Assembly (NCBI GenBank): GCA_032718475.1
Contig: JAUCBJ010008438.1
Coordinates: forward strand, 1 to 64,000
Source of the DNA: Nemertoderma westbladi
Lineage: Eukaryota; Animalia; Xenacoelomorpha
DNA: 64,000 nucleotides
Direction of reading: 5' to 3'
The notes below the pieces were generated by a model, which was given only the letters and a program-made list of their open reading frames with translations, was not told the origin of the DNA and did not search any database. The stretch's first letter is position 1, and the number at the start of each line of letters is the position of its first letter. The position numbers and the translations under genes were made by a program. Shown here piece by piece: positions 37,785 to 53,422 of the stretch.

Positions 37785-40700
37785 TCACACTATGTACATT
37801 ACAACGGCACCTCTCGTTTGTCACACTATGTACATTACAACTGCACCTCTCATTTGTCACACTATGTACATTACAACTGCACCTCTCGTTTATTGTCACA
37901 CTATGTACATTACAACTGCACCTCTCGTTTATTGTCACACTATGTACATTACAACTGCACCTCTCGTTTGTCACACTATGTACATTACAACTGCACCTCT
38001 CGTTTGTCACACTATGTACATTACAACTGCACCTCTCGTTTATTGTCACACTATGTACATTACAACTGCACCTCTCGTTTGTCACACTATGTACATTACA
38101 ACTGCACCTCTCATTTGTCACACTATGTACATTACAACTGCACCTCTCGTTTATTGTCACACTATGTACATTACAACTGCACCTCTCGTTTATTGTCACA
38201 CTATGTACATTACAACTGCACCTCTCGTTTGTCACACTATGTACATTACAACTGCACCTCTCGTTTGTCACACTATGTACATTACAACGGCACCTCTCGT
38301 TTATTGTCACACTATGTACATTACAACTGCACCTCTCGTTTATTGTCACACTATGTACATTACAACTGCACCTCTCGTTTATTGTCACACTATGTACATT
38401 ACAACTGCACCTCTCGTTTGTCACACTATGTACATTACAACTGCACCTCTCGTTTGTCACACTATGTACATTACAACTGCACCTCTCGTTTGTCACACTA
38501 TGTACATTACAACGGCACCTCTCGTTTGTCACACTATGTACATTACAACTGCACCTCTCGTTTATTGACACACTATATACATTACAACTGCACCTCTCGT
38601 TTATCACACTATGAACATTACAACTGCACCTCTCGTTTGTCACACTATGTACATTACAACTGCACCTCTCGTTTATTGTCACACTATATACATTACAACT
38701 GCACCTCTCGTTTATTGTCACACTATGTACATTACAACGGCACCTCTCGTTTATTGTCACACTATATACATTACAACTGCACCTCTCGTTTATTGTCACA
38801 CTATGTACATTACAACTGCACCTCTCGTTTATTGTCACACTATGAACATTACAACTGCACCTCTCGTTTGTCACACTATGTACATTACAACTGCACCTCT
38901 CGTTTATTGTCACACTATATACATTACAACTGCACCTCTCGTTTATTGTCACACTATGTACATTACAACGGCACCTCTCGTTTATTGTCACACTATATAC
39001 ATTACAACTGCACCTCTCGTTTATTGTCACACTATATACATTACAACTGCACCTCTCGTTTATTGTCACACTATGTACATTACAACTGCACCTCTCGTTT
39101 GTCACACTATGTACATTACAACTGCACCTCTCGTTTATTGTCACACTATGTACATTACAACTGCACCTCTCGTTTGTCACACTATGTACATTACAACGGC
39201 ACCTCTCGTTTATTGTCACACTATGTACATTACAACTGCACCTCTCGTTTGTCACACTATGTACATTACAACTGCACCTCTCGTATGTCACACTATATAC
39301 ATTACAACGGCACCTCTCGTTTATTGTCACACTATGTACATTACAACTGCACCTCTCGTTTATTGTCACACTATATACATTACAACTGCACCTCTCGTTT
39401 ATTGTCACACTATGTACATTACAACTGCACCTCTCGTTTATTGTCACACTATGTACATTACAACTGCACCTCTCGTTTATTGTCACACTATGTACATTAC
39501 AACTGCACCTCTCGTTTATTGTCACACTATGTACATTACAACTGCACCTCTCGTTTGTCACACTATGAACATTACAACTGCACCTCTCGTTTATCACACT
39601 ATGAACATTACAACTGCACCTCTCGTTTGTCACACTATATACATTACAACGGCACCTATCGTTTATTGTCACACTATGTACATTACAACTGCACCTCTCG
39701 TTTATTGTCACACTATGTACATTACAACTGCACCTCTCGTTTGTCACACTATGTACATTACAACTGCACCTCTCGTTTGTCATACTATGTACATTACAAC
39801 TGCACCTCTTGTTTGTCACACTATGTACATTACAACTGCACCTCTCGTTTATTGTCACACTATGTACATTACAACTGCACCTCTCGTTTGTCACACTATG
39901 TACATTACAACTGCACCTCTCGTTTGTCACACTATGTACATTACAACTGCACCTCTCGTTTATTGTCACACTATGTACATTACAACTGCACCTCTCGTTT
40001 ATTGTCACACTATATACATTACAACTGCACCTCTCGTTTATTGTCACACTATATACATTACAACTGCACCTCTCGTTTATTGTCACACTATGTACATTAC
40101 AACTGCACCTCTCGTTTGTCACACTATGTACATTACAACTGCACCTCTCGTTTATTGTCACACTATGTACATTACAGCTGCACCTCTCGTTTGTCACACT
40201 ATGTACATTACAACGGCACCTCTCGTTTATTGTCACACTATGTACATTACAACTGCACCTCTCGTTTATTGTCACACTATGTACATTACAACTGCACCTC
40301 TCGTTTGTCACACTATGAACATTACAACTGCACCTCTCGTTTATCACACTATGAACATTACAACTGCACCTCTCGTTTGTCACACTATATACATTACAAC
40401 GGCACCTATCGTTTATTGTCACACTATGTACATTACAACTGCACCTCTCGTTTATTGTCACACTATGTACATTACAACTGCACCTCTCGTTTGTCACACT
40501 ATGTACATTACAACTGCACCTCTCGTTTGTCATACTATGTACATTACAACTGCACCTCTTGTTTGTCACACTATGTACATTACAACTGCACCTCTCGTTT
40601 ATTGTCACACTATGTACATTACAACTGCACCTCTCGTTTGTCACACTATGTACATTACAACTGCACCTCTCGTTTGTCACACTATGTACATTACAACTGC

Positions 40701-43700
40701 ACCTCTCGTTTATTGTCACACTATGTACATTACAACTGCACCTCTCGTTTATTGTCACACTATATACATTACAACTGCACCTCTCGTTTATTGTCACACT
40801 ATATACATTACAACTACACCTCTCGTTTATTGTCACACTATGTACATTACAACTGCACCTCTCGTTTGTCACACTATGTACATTACAACTGCACCTCTCG
40901 TTTATTGTCACACTATGTACATTACAACTGCACCTCTCGTTTGTCACACTATGTACATTACAACGGCACCTCTCGTTTATTGTCACACTATGTACATTAC
41001 AACTGCACCTCTCGTTTGTCACACTATGTACATTACAACTGCACCTCTCGTTTGTCACACTATATACATTACAACGGCACCTCTCGTTTATTGTCACACT
41101 ATGTACATTACAACTGCACCTCTCGTTTATTGTCACACTATATACATTACAACTGCACATCTCGTTTATTGTCACACTATGTACATTACAACGGCACCTC
41201 TCGTTTATTGTCACACTATGTACATTACAACTGCACCTCTCGTTTATTGTCACACTATGTACATTACAACTGCACCTCTCGTTTGTCACACTATGAACAT
41301 TACAACTGCACCTCTCGTTTATCACACTATGAACATTACAACTGCACCTCTCGTTTGTCACACTATATACATTACAACGGCACCTATCGTTTATTGTCAC
41401 ACTATGTACATTACAACTGCACCTCTCGTTTATTGTCACACTATGTACATTACAACTGCACCTCTCGTTTGTCACACTATGTACATTACAACTGCACCTC
41501 TCGTTTGTCATACTATGTACATTACAACTGCACCTCTTGTTTGTCACACTATGTACATTACAACTGCACCTCTCGTTTATTGTCACACTATGTACATTAC
41601 AACTGCACCTCTCGTTTATTGTCACACTATATACATTACAACTACACCTCTCGTTTATTGTCACACTATGTACATTACAACTGCACCTCTCGTTTGTCAC
41701 ACTATGTACATTACAACTGCACCTCTCGTTTGTCACACTATGTACATTACAACTGCACCTCTTGTTTGTCACACTATGTACATTACAACTGCACCTCTCG
41801 TTTATTGTCACACTATGTACATTACAACTGCACCTCTCGTTTATTGTCACACTATATACATTACAACTGCACCTCTCGTTTATTGTCACACTATGTACAT
41901 TACAACTGCAGCTCTCGTTTGTCACACTATGTACATTACAACTGCACCTCTTGTTTGTCACACTATGTACATTACAACTGCACCTCTCGTTTATTGTCAC
42001 ACTATGTACATTACAACTGCACCTCTCGTTTGTCACACTATGTACATTACAACTGCACCTCTCGTTTGTCACACTATGTACATTACAACTGCACCTCTCG
42101 TTTATTGTCACACTATGTACATTACAGCTGCACCTCTCGTTTGTCACACTATGTACATTACAACGGCACCTCTCGTTTATTGTCACACTATGTACATTAC
42201 AACTGCACCTCTCGTTTGTCACACTATGTACATTACAACTGCACCTCTCGTTTGTCATACTATGTACATTACAACTGCACCTCTTGTTTGTCACACTATG
42301 TACATTACAACTGCACCTCTCGTTTATTGTCACACTATGTACATTACAACTGCACCTCTCGTTTATTGTCACACTATATACATTACAACTACACCTCTCG
42401 TTTATTGTCACACTATGTACATTACAACTGCACCTCTCGTTTGTCACACTATGTACATTACAACTGCACCTCTCGTTTGTCACACTATGTACATTACAAC
42501 TGCACCTCTTGTTTGTCACACTATGTACATTACAACTGCACCTCTCGTTTATTGTCACACTATGTACATTACAACTGCACCTCTCGTTTATTGTCACACT
42601 ATATACATTACAACTGCACCTCTCGTTTATTGTCACACTATGTACATTACAACTGCAGCTCTCGTTTGTCACACTATGTACATTACAACTGCACCTCTTG
42701 TTTGTCACACTATGTACATTACAACTGCACCTCTCGTTTATTGTCACACTATGTACATTACAACTGCACCTCTCGTTTGTCACACTATGTACATTACAAC
42801 TGCACCTCTCGTTTGTCACACTATGTACATTACAACTGCACCTCTCGTTTATTGTCACACTATGTACATTACAACTGCACCTCTCGTTTATTGTCACACT
42901 ATGTACATTACAACGGCACCTCTCGTTTATTGTCACACTCTGTACATTACAACTGCACCTCTCGTTTATTGTCACACTATATACATTACAACTGCACCTC
43001 TCGTTTGTCACACTATGTACATTACAACTGCACCTCTCGTTTATTGTCACACTATGTACATTACAACTGCACCTCTCGTTTATTGTCACACTATGTACAT
43101 TACAACGGCACCTCTCGTTTATTGTCACACTCTGTACATTACAACTGCACCTCTCGTTTATTGTCACACTATATACATTACAACTGCACCTCTCGTTTGT
43201 CACACTATGTACATTACAACTGCACCTCTCGTTTATTGTCACACTATGTACATTACAACTGCACCTCTCGTTTGTCACACTATGTACATTACAACTGCAC
43301 CTCTCGTTTATTGTCACACTATGTACATTACAACGGCACCTCTCGTTTATTGTCACACTCTGTACATTACAACTGCACCTCTCGTTTATTGTCACACTAT
43401 GTACATTACAACTGCACCTCTCGTTTATTGTCACACTATGTACATTACAACGGCACCTCTCGTTTATTGTCACACTATATACATTACAACTGCACCTCTC
43501 GTTTGTCACACTATATACATTACAACTGCACCTCTCGTTTGTCACACTATGTACATTACAACTGCACCTCTCGTTTATTGTCACACTATGTACATTACAA
43601 CTGCACCTCTCGTTTATTGTCACACTATATACATTACAACTGCACCTCTCGTTTATTGTCACACTATGTACATTACAACTGCACCTCTCGTTTGTCACAC

Positions 43701-46160
43701 TATGTCCATTACAACTGCACCTCTCGTTTGTCATACTATGTACATTACAACTGCACCTCTTGTTTGTCACACTATGTACATTACAACTGCACCTCTCGTT
43801 TATTGTCACACTATGTACATTACAACTGCACCTCTCGTTTGTCACACTATGTACATTACGACTGCACCTCTCGTTTGTCACACTATGTACATTACAACTG
43901 CACCTCTCGTTTATTGTCACACTATGTACATTACAACGGCACCTCTCGTTTATTGTCACACTCTGTACATTACAACTGCACCTCTCGTTTATTGTCACAC
44001 TATATACATTACAACTGCACCTCTCGTTTGTCACACTATGTACATTACAACGGCACCTCTCGTTTATTGTCACACTCTGTACATTACAACTGCACCTCTC
44101 GTTTGTCACACTATGTACATTACAACTGCACCTCTCGTTTGTCACACTATGTACATTACAACGGCACCTCTCGTTTATTGTCACACTCTGTACATTACAA
44201 CTGCACCTCTCGTTTATTGTCACACTATGTACATTACAACTGCACCTCTCGTTTATTGTCACACTATGTACATTACAACGGCACCTCTCGTTTATTGTCA
44301 CACTATGTACATTACAACTGCACCTCTCGTTTATTGTCACACTATGTACATTACAACTGCACCTCTTGTTTATTGTCACATTATGTACATTACAACGGCA
44401 CCTCTCGTTTGTCACACTATGTACATTACAACTGCACCTCTCGTTTATTGTCACACTATATACATTACAACTGCACCTCTCGTTTGTCACACTATGTACA
44501 TTACAACGGCACCTCTCGTTTATTGTCACACTCTGTACATTACAACTGCACCTCTCGTTTGTCACACTATGTACATTACAACTGCACCTCTCGTTTGTCA
44601 CACTATGTACATTACAACGGCACCTCTCGTTTATTGTCACACTCTGTACATTACAACTGCACCTCTCGTTTATTGTCACACTATGTACATTACAACTGCA
44701 CCTCTCGTTTATTGTCACACTATGTACATTACAACTGCACCTCTCGTTTGTCACACTATGTACATTACAACTGCACCTCTCGTATATTGTCACACTATGT
44801 ACATTACAACGGCACCTCTCGTATATTGTCACACTATGTACATTACAACGGCACCTCTCGTTTATTGTCACACTATGTACATTACAACTGCACCTCTCGT
44901 TTATTGTCACACTATATACATTACAACTGCACCTCTCGTATATTGTCACACTATGTACATTACAACGGCACCTCTCGTTTATTGTCACACTATGTACATT
45001 ACAACGGTACCTCTCGTTTGTCACACTATGTACATTACAACTGCACCTCTCGTTTATTGACACACTATATACATTACAACTGCACCTCTCGTTTATTGAC
45101 ACACTATATACATTACAACTGCACCTCTCGTTTGTCACACTATGTACATTACAACTGCACCTCTCGTTTGTCACACCATGTACATTACAACTGCACCTCT
45201 CGTTTATTGTCACACTATATACATTACAACTGCACCTCTCGTTTGTCACACTATGTACATTACAACTGCACCTCTCGTTTGTCACACTATGTACATTACA
45301 ACTGCACCTCTCGTTTATTGTCACACTATATACATTACAACTGCACCTCTCGTTTGTCACACTATGTACATTACAACTGCACCTCTCGTTTGTCACACTA
45401 TGTACATTACAACTGCACCTCTCGTTTATTGTCACACTATATACATTACAACTGCACCTCTCGTTTATTGTCACACTATGTACATTACAACTGCACCTCT
45501 CGTTTATTGTCACACTATGTACATTACAACTGCACCTCTCGTTTGTCACACTATGTACATTACAACTGCACCTCTCGTTTATTGTCACACTATGTACATT
45601 ACAACTGCACCTCTCGTTTATTGTCACACTATGTACATTACAACTGCACCTCTCGTTTATTGTCACACTATGTACATTACAACTGCACCTCTCGTTTATT
45701 GTCACACTATGTACATTACAACTGCACCTCTCGTTTGTCACACTATGTACATTACAACTGCACCTCTCGTTTATTGTCACACTATGTACATTACAACGGT
45801 ACCTCTCGTTTATTGTCACACTATGTACATTACAACTGCACCTCTCGTTTATTGTCACACTATGTACATTACAACTGCACCTCTCGTTTATTGTCACACT
45901 ATGTACATTACAACTGCACCTCTCGTTTATTGTCACACTATGTACATTACAACTGCACCTCTCGTTTGTCACACTATGTACATTACAACTGCACCTCTCG
46001 TTTATTGTCACACTATGTACATTACAACTGCACCTCTCGTTTATTGTCACACTATGTACATTACAACTGCACCTCTCGTTTATTGTCACACTATGTACAT
46101 TACAACTGCACCTCTCGTTTATTGTCACACTATGTACATTACAACTGCACCTCTCGTTCA
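37785..46160. repeat. 8.4-kb satellite of ~220 interspersed 36- and 39-bp units TCACACTATGTACATTACAACTGCACCTCTCGTTT(ATT)G
   Basis: Directly visible, very homogeneous, no unique spacers. Confidence 0.97.
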
Positions 46161-46500
46161 TTGTAGACCTACTTTTAGTATTCATTGCTCTTTGTATTAG
46201 TCCTACTCATGGTTTTTTAGTAATCTATTAAAGCAGTTTGTGCTTCTTTTTACAACATACAGTAATTATTACATTATTGCAATATTTTTTTTATTCGAAT
46301 CTTGAAATATCTCTTTACACCCCTGGTGTTAAATTAAGCAATTTACCGGCATGTATCACTCTTTCTCTTTTAAGGACTTATACACAATACACTTAGTGTA
46401 AAAGCTATCGGAAAACTAGTTTCACTTTCTATCATGCTTGTTTTTTTAGTTATACGTTATACTCCCAGCTCAGAGTCCCATTCTTATTCAGATGCAAATA

Positions 46501-47413
46501 CACAATGTCCCGTAATATAGTGCCATTTTCTGATGACACGGACCCCCCCCCCCCCCCCCCCCAGATTTTTCTACAAACCTTTATCATATTGTTTGAAATT
46601 TGAAATACAACTAGTTTCACTCACCGTCGATGACCCCATGAAGCCGGAATTTTCGATTTTGTCTTTACATTTTTTTATAAGCGTTTTAAAAAAGTGTCTT
46701 TTGCAAAATCGCTCCCTCTGTATCGTAGCCATTCTTCACATTAGTCGTATTTTTGTCATATCATTAAAAAGCTTGCGTTGCAAGGATTCCAAATATGAAA
46801 CAATATCTGAATTTCGTTGAGAAACAGCTGAGATATAGGCGTTCAAAGATTTCAAGAATTATCGTTCGCTGTAGGCCATTTATTCTATTAAATAAATACA
46901 CGATGTTCTGGAACATTTTGTTTAAGTATGAATAGCTACGCAATAGAGATATTGGATATAAATACCGCTGTTGCCCACCATCTTATAAAATAAACAACAC
47001 ATTCTAGAATTTTGTGTATTTATTTAATAGAATAATTGGCCTTCAGCGAACAATAATTCTTGCGATCTTTGAACGCTTATATCTCAGCTGTTTCTCAACG
47101 AAATTCAGATATTGTTACATATTTGGAATCCTTGCAACGCAAGCTTTCTAATGATATGACAAAAATACGACTAATGTGAAGAATGGCTACGATACAGAGG
47201 GTGCGATTTCGCAAAAGACACTTTTTTAAAAAGGTTATAAAAAATTTTTTAAGACAAAATCGAAAATTCCGGCTTCATGGGGTCATCGACGGTGAGTGGA
47301 ACTAGTTGTATTTCAAATTTCAAGCAATATGATAAAGATTCGTAGAAAAATCTGGGGGGGGGGGGGGGGGGTCCGTGTCATCAGAAAATGACACTATATT
47401 ACGGGACATGGTG
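46501..47413. mobile_element. Foldback MITE (Tc1/mariner-like, TA target) with ~420-bp inverted arms
   Basis: TA|CACAATGTCCCGTAATATAGTG ... CACTATATTACGGGACATGGTG|TA; arms pair almost to the centre. Confidence 0.85.
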
Positions 47414-47842
47414 TATTAAGCGGATAGCTGGGAACGTCAGTGAAACACCATGCTGTCGGAATATAACATTAAAATATTTGCCAACGTTTCCATGACGACG
47501 ATCAGGTGAATAGAGTACATGAATGACTTCCTTTAAAAATATACATTTTTCGTTGGTAAATAATGTTTCAATTTTCGATTAAGTGATTGCTTGATTTTCA
47601 TTCCATGGCTTGTAATGTAAAGGAAATTCATTATACTTAAGTGTTCATATAAAGTGCTAGATGATATTCGGTAGGCCAATACAAATAATTTGTTCGTAGT
47701 TGAAAGTGTTTTTGAGTATATATTGTTACGATATTTGTTATACTGTATATACAGTTTATATATAATATTATATTTGGATATTTCTTTAAAATGGCATTTT
47801 AGAACTTAGATGTACGTATAATGAGACTCAGCTGTGTTGTAC

Positions 47843-50704
47843 TACTACTACTACTACTACTACTACTAGGATCGGCATGCTGCATTGCAGCTGCATTTTT
47901 AAGAATGCTGTGCCGGCTTGTCAACAAAATTGCTCCGCCACAACTCCCTATCACCCATGACATTTGCTAGATCATCCGCATCTTCAAGGACAGTGTCCTT
48001 TAAGATGCGTCTCAAGAAAGTCATGGGCTGTCCACCATGCTTATTCACTCCATGAGGCTGCCAAAGTACAAGATTATGCACTGGCTGGTCTTCACGGCGA
48101 AAGCAATGTCCTGCAAAGCGGAGGCGATTTTGTTCTAGTGTCAAGCTTGGGGGAACCAATGAGACACCTCCAATGTTATATAGTGTCTGGTTGGAGATGT
48201 GTGCATTGTACTTAACACAATGAACCCGGCGTAGCATTCTTGTGAATGTGCCATCCAGAGATTTGGTGTCCTCAGCAGTTAGAGCCCAGCATGGACTCCC
48301 GTAGAGGAGTACTGGAACAACTGCTGCTCGAAATAATCGGACCTTAAGTTTCCGATTAATTCTCGGTGACTTCCAAATCCTGGAAAGCCTATTTAAGGCT
48401 GCCCATGCCTTTCCCTTACGTATTCGAAGGTCCTCACCTGACTTCCGGATCCATGATCCCAGGTAACAGAAGTCGTCCACATGCTCAAGCATACCATCCT
48501 TTGAGCTTATGCTCATCCGATCAGAGACTTGCTGAGGACTTTCAAAGTTAACTGTCAACATTTTGGTCTTTCTGGAGTTAATAAAAAGACCAACACTAGA
48601 AGCAGCATGTTCTAATGAGCTGAGGAGCCGTTGGGCTCCCTCTAATGATTCTGAGAGTACTCCTAAGTCATCAGCAAAGTCTAGATCAGTTAGGTACTTG
48701 ACAGGATTTCCTCGACTTCTGGAGCCAGTAGGTGGAGTTATCATCACCCCATCATCATTATGATGATCTAAGGACATGCGTAGAACATACATAGTCAACC
48801 ACAATAATGAACAAGAATGGTGCAAGTGTGTCTCCTTGGAGGACGCCCCATAACACTTCAAATGGTTCTGTGTCACCAACATCAACAGTAGACACAAATT
48901 TTGTCGAACCATCGTATACTGATCTGATTGCTGCAATAATTTCATCAGGAATCCCATATAATGAAAGTATGCTGAACATACGTGAGCGAGAGACTGAATC
49001 AAAGGCCTTGAAGAAGTCAACAAAGATAACAGCCAGCATAACTTTCTTTTTTGATAATTCTTCAATTATCCTTCTAAGTGCCAAAATGGGCTCCATGGTC
49101 CCACGACCTTTACGGAACCCATTCTGATTTCCACGAAGCAGTCTCTCAATGGGATCCCTGATGCGATTTAATAGAATCCTATTGTATAGCTTTGCAGCAA
49201 TCGAGATCAATGAGATTCCCCGAAAAGAACCATAGAGTGTTAGGTTGTCCTTCTTGGGAACTGGCACCAACTTATTTGTTTTCATTTCTTGTGGGACTCT
49301 TGTTGTTCGGTACATGTCTACTATGATGGGATAGATGAGCTTTAAACACTCAGGTATTTTAAAGACCTCAGGGGGAACACCATCTACTCCACTGGCACGA
49401 TTGGTCTTAATGCTCTTTGCAGCAGCCTTCACTTCTGCAAAGGAGATATCGCCAATGGGAATATCTGGGAGTACAGACTCAGACACTTTTACTTCTATAA
49501 AGTTATCAGGCAATACCCTGTCATTATTGATGAGCTTTTCAAAGTGGGCTTTCCAACCATTGAGTCGATCGGCTGGTGATTCAGCCTTAACCTTGGTGGT
49601 TGGTTGGCTTTTCCGCCCAGTAAGCAAATTGATCGATTTCCATGCCTGGGATGATTGCCTGCTGTCGTCAGCATCATTGATGGCATCAACCTGTTGGTTT
49701 ATTAGCTCCTGTAGATTAACAGAGTACTGCCTGTTCAGGGACCTAGATGCAGCCTTAACTACATTCTTGGCCGCTGTAGTCTGTTTGAGTCGGGACTCTT
49801 TCTGCGCCTTATGAAGGTCATTTCGGCACTTCTGAATTTTGTTGTCAGTCCAGGGGGCCCTTTTCCTGTTTCGAGGGTATACAGGAACTGTTTCTGCAGC
49901 TGCTAACTTAACTGCTTCTGTAAAGGCAGTATAGCCCTCACAGTGATCTGCCGCCTCAGAGGCAAGAGCCTCATACCTGTTGCTCAGCTGTAGTGTGAAG
50001 CTGGATCTCACACTTGGCTGTTGCAACAGAGAGGACCAGTCATGCCGCGGCAAGGCAGATTTCGTTGTTCTGCTTGCACGCAGACTAAGTCTTACCTTGG
50101 CCACAATAAGGCGGTGATCACTGGAGAAGGGTCGAAGTGTAAATGCATTACAGTCTTGTATAGAGCTCCTGTATTTCCTACGAAACAGAATATGGTCTAT
50201 CTGGGACTTGTGACCACTGGGTCCACTATGAGTCCATAGCTTTCCAGTTCGCTTCTTGAACTGGGTTCCAGCAGAAAACAATCCATTTCCAGAGATAAAA
50301 TCCTGAAGATGGACAGAATTTCGGTTAACACTATTGCTATAGACCCAGGGCGATGTAGGTGATTGATGCAGACTTGCATTAAAGTCTCCCAGGAATGTTA
50401 AGAATGCATGCTGATCCACTCCATCAGTAGCTGCTTGTAGATTGTGGTAGAAATTTTCCACCTCCTCTACAGGGGCAACACTAGTTGGGGAGTAGCACAC
50501 AATCAGAACCACCTTAGGAAACTTCTTAGCCAGTCTTCCAGAACATGAGAAGTGGCAACGGATGATGCGGTTAGAGATTTGGTCTATTTTGTCCAATGCT
50601 GCATGTGCAGTTGGATTCATTAATAGACCAATTCCACCATTGCCACTATCATCTGCTGACGCGAGGGCGAGTCGCCAACCGCCCCCCATGTCCTTAATCA
50701 GTAA
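47843..50704 (-). mobile_element. 5'-truncated RTE-clade LINE (APE + RT), same family as 13339-14328
   Basis: (TAG)n tail; 10-bp TSD TGTGTTGTAC at 47833-47842 and 50705-50714; APE GDFNA, QIDH, SDH; RT DFFKAFDS, LQGDTLAP, DFADD; 4-bp TATG duplication near 48790 frameshifts RT. Confidence 0.93.
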
Positions 50705-52286
50705 TGTGTTGTACGGGATATAACAACCACATTGTCTGTTGACACACGATTGTAGAAAGACTTGGTCTTGCATTAGCAGCTCAATCCCAACAACGTATTC
50801 ACTCTACTTACATATGTACAGATACTCACTTCGTGGCTCGCCCCACATATGTACAGATACTCACTTTGTGCTACGTTCGAACATCACGCGATCAGGTTAT
50901 CACTTTTTATACGGTAAACTCAAAAGAGTCGTTGGTTGACTGGTGGGTTGGGCTTTATTAATCACAGTTAAAGGGTGCAATGGCAAACTGAAATGGAACT
51001 CTGTTTTTACTACAAATTGAACGCAAACTTGAAAACATCACTCGTTTACGTATATCTAATGGATATTAGTACACGTTCTTATATACAGTTGGATATCGTG
51101 CTGCGCGAAGGTCTCTCAACGAGTAGGCCTACACAGTACACACTGTATACAAACACTAACACACCCCTAGTAACTAAAAATACATCCATTGTAAAATACG
51201 CAGACGAAACAGCCATATACAGCATATATCAAGAACAGATCCGGCCCACCAACTGTAGAAAACTAATTAAAAAAACAACATCATACATAATATTATTACA
51301 AACATTTCCAAGTCATACAGTTTCCAGGCAGCAGTGTTCAAGTTAATTCTGACAAAACAAAGCACCAATAAGTTATTATTTAACATTGCAGTAAGGCAAC
51401 ATCGAGAGTTGAAGAGTACAATAATTTGAATCGCAGTAACTATGGAAGCAATATAGTAAAATACTACAGTTCAATTTATTTTGTAACACTACTGTACAGT
51501 AGTAAATCGCTATGTTTTATTTCAGAATTTAGCAACAAAAAACTACCAATTTATGAATGAAATTACGTATTACATGGGAAAAAAACATAGAACATTTTTT
51601 TTCAATATTCTCTCGACCCTTTATTAACGTCGCTTGGCGCTCGGTAAATAAAATGCCTCGAGAATGCTGAAAAAAAGTTCTACTTTTTTCCTAAGTAATA
51701 AATAATTATTTTGGGGTAACATTATTTAAATTGGTGTTATATAATTTTTTGGTGAAATTATCATCAATTTTGGTGTGATTTTAATTTGGTAGCCTTAATT
51801 ATTCTGCTAATAATAAAAAATTCCCCCAAAAAATGCTTCAATTCCAACTGATGCCCAAATGTATTTGCCTACAAATCTAATCTTCCAGGACCAAAACTAC
51901 GTCATTTGATTCAATATAATTGGTTGCGAAGTTTAAGAGTGATGTCAACCCATTGATAGATCGTAAGTGTTTAGAGTGTCAAAGTGGTTGGTTTGTTTGA
52001 CCAAAATCCCCTTTAAGGAGTCTAAGCGTCTATGCAGATAGTAGGGAGCAAAAAGTTTTATTATATATTAAAATAAATAACTAAAAAAACAAAATGTATT
52101 ATCATTGTGCGATAAACCTGGGGCTGGAATCTCCAATCTTCTTGAGTGTCTGTGGAATAAGTATATTTTAGTAACGAAATACTTGGAAATATAATTGTGT
52201 ATACAGTAATTGGGCAATGAAACAATATGAAATACGCATTGAGTAGAAAATAACGTAGTTAGTTAACGCAGGAAATAATAATAAAC

Positions 52287-52994
52287 TCATGTCTCGAGCT
52301 TTTTGCTTCTCAACTGTCTTAATTTCTCCTCTAGTCTGTCTTTATTAGTTATAATATCAGGTCGGGGTGGCGGGCCTTCTTTAAGCATCAAGTATACGTT
52401 AGTATAGTTAATATAACAGAGACCTATCTTCCCTTTCCCGTGCAGTTTGGGCCACTTGGTTGTCTTCCCTTTAACCGAGTTCATCTTGGCGACGTGCATG
52501 TCGCTAGCGAATTCAACCAAGCCTTCATCCAGAGCTCGTTGTCTCGCTTCCGTTAGTATATCGACACCCATTCGCGCGCCTTTCCGCTGAATGAAAGTCA
52601 GCTGTCTTATTGCCTCATCCACCCACAGACCCCGACAGATATCGCAAATGTACCACATTTTCAGCCAGGAATACTTAATATCTTTGCGTTCGTGGTATAT
52701 TTCCGCCATTCTGCGGGGTTCGCCTTCCTTCTGGATTGGGTAGATTATTTCGTTGCGTCTCTCCCAGTTGCTCGGTTTGGGTTTCTCGAAGCCCTCGTAC
52801 TCCCCTATCCCGAACGACGAGTAGGCCCGTTGCTCTGCGGCCGGTACCCGATGTAAAATTGGATTTATCGCTAACAATGAAAGGCACCGAGACGGCTGTG
52901 TGGTTGTTACGGACGGTAGTAGGACGGTAGGTCTTTGTCGGATACCGGTTCCTCTATGCAGTTTAATTCTACTATGGCGCAGTAAGAAAGTCAT
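52287..52994 (-). CDS. MRPL22: Mitochondrial ribosomal protein L22 (uL22m), single ORF
   Basis: NEIIYP..GEPRR.AEIYH..IKYS..KMWY...RGL.VDEAI.QL.F..RKGA and L.EGPPP motifs; Arg-rich presequence. Confidence 0.9.
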   Translation of the reverse strand: MTFLLRHSRIKLHRGTGIRQRPTVLLPSVTTTQPSRCLSLLAINPILHRVPAAEQRAYSSFGIGEYEGFEKPKPSNWERRNEIIYPIQKEGEPRRMAEIYHERKDIKYSWLKMWYICDICRGLWVDEAIRQLTFIQRKGARMGVDILTEARQRALDEGLVEFASDMHVAKMNSVKGKTTKWPKLHGKGKIGLCYINYTNVYLMLKEGPPPRPDIITNKDRLEEKLRQLRSKKLET

Positions 52995-53422
52995 AACGGA
53001 AGAATCTTACTGGTTCCCAAACCCACTGACAGCAATCTGCCGATTAAATTGATTGCACCTTTCCGAATTGGTTGGCCTACCTCACCGCTCACGCTGACCT
53101 CACTGATTTACTGACTGGCGTATTACAGTACAGCAGTCTGGCAGTACGGTATTATGGTATTACTGTATATTTAGGCTACTTTAAACAGTTATTTCCGCTA
53201 ACTGCTAACAGAAGCAAGAATTATAAAGTAAAACATGCCATAAAAGTCTCAACAAACTGTAGTTTGATTTGATAAAACGGTCCAAAGGCAACTAAAATGT
53301 TTTGGATGCGTTCATGGCGTACTATAACTACTCTGTGCGTGTGCACTGTACAGTAGTAGTATAGTAGACTATAGTATGCCATCCGCCATGGAGGCATTCC
53401 AATTAGACGACAAAAAACATTA

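Noticed and set aside
37785-46160. CRISPR-like array (36-bp repeat length, next to a helicase)
   Set aside because: Units are head-to-tail with no unique spacers, no cas genes, eukaryotic context.
37593-46231. Giant ORFs (2857, 2803, 2149, 1564 aa) over the satellite
   Set aside because: By-product of stop-free 36/39-bp units; open in several frames on both strands with no unique domain.
50705-50773. N-terminus of the 671-aa RTE ORF
   Set aside because: Lies beyond the TSD; it is flanking DNA read in frame with a 5'-truncated element.
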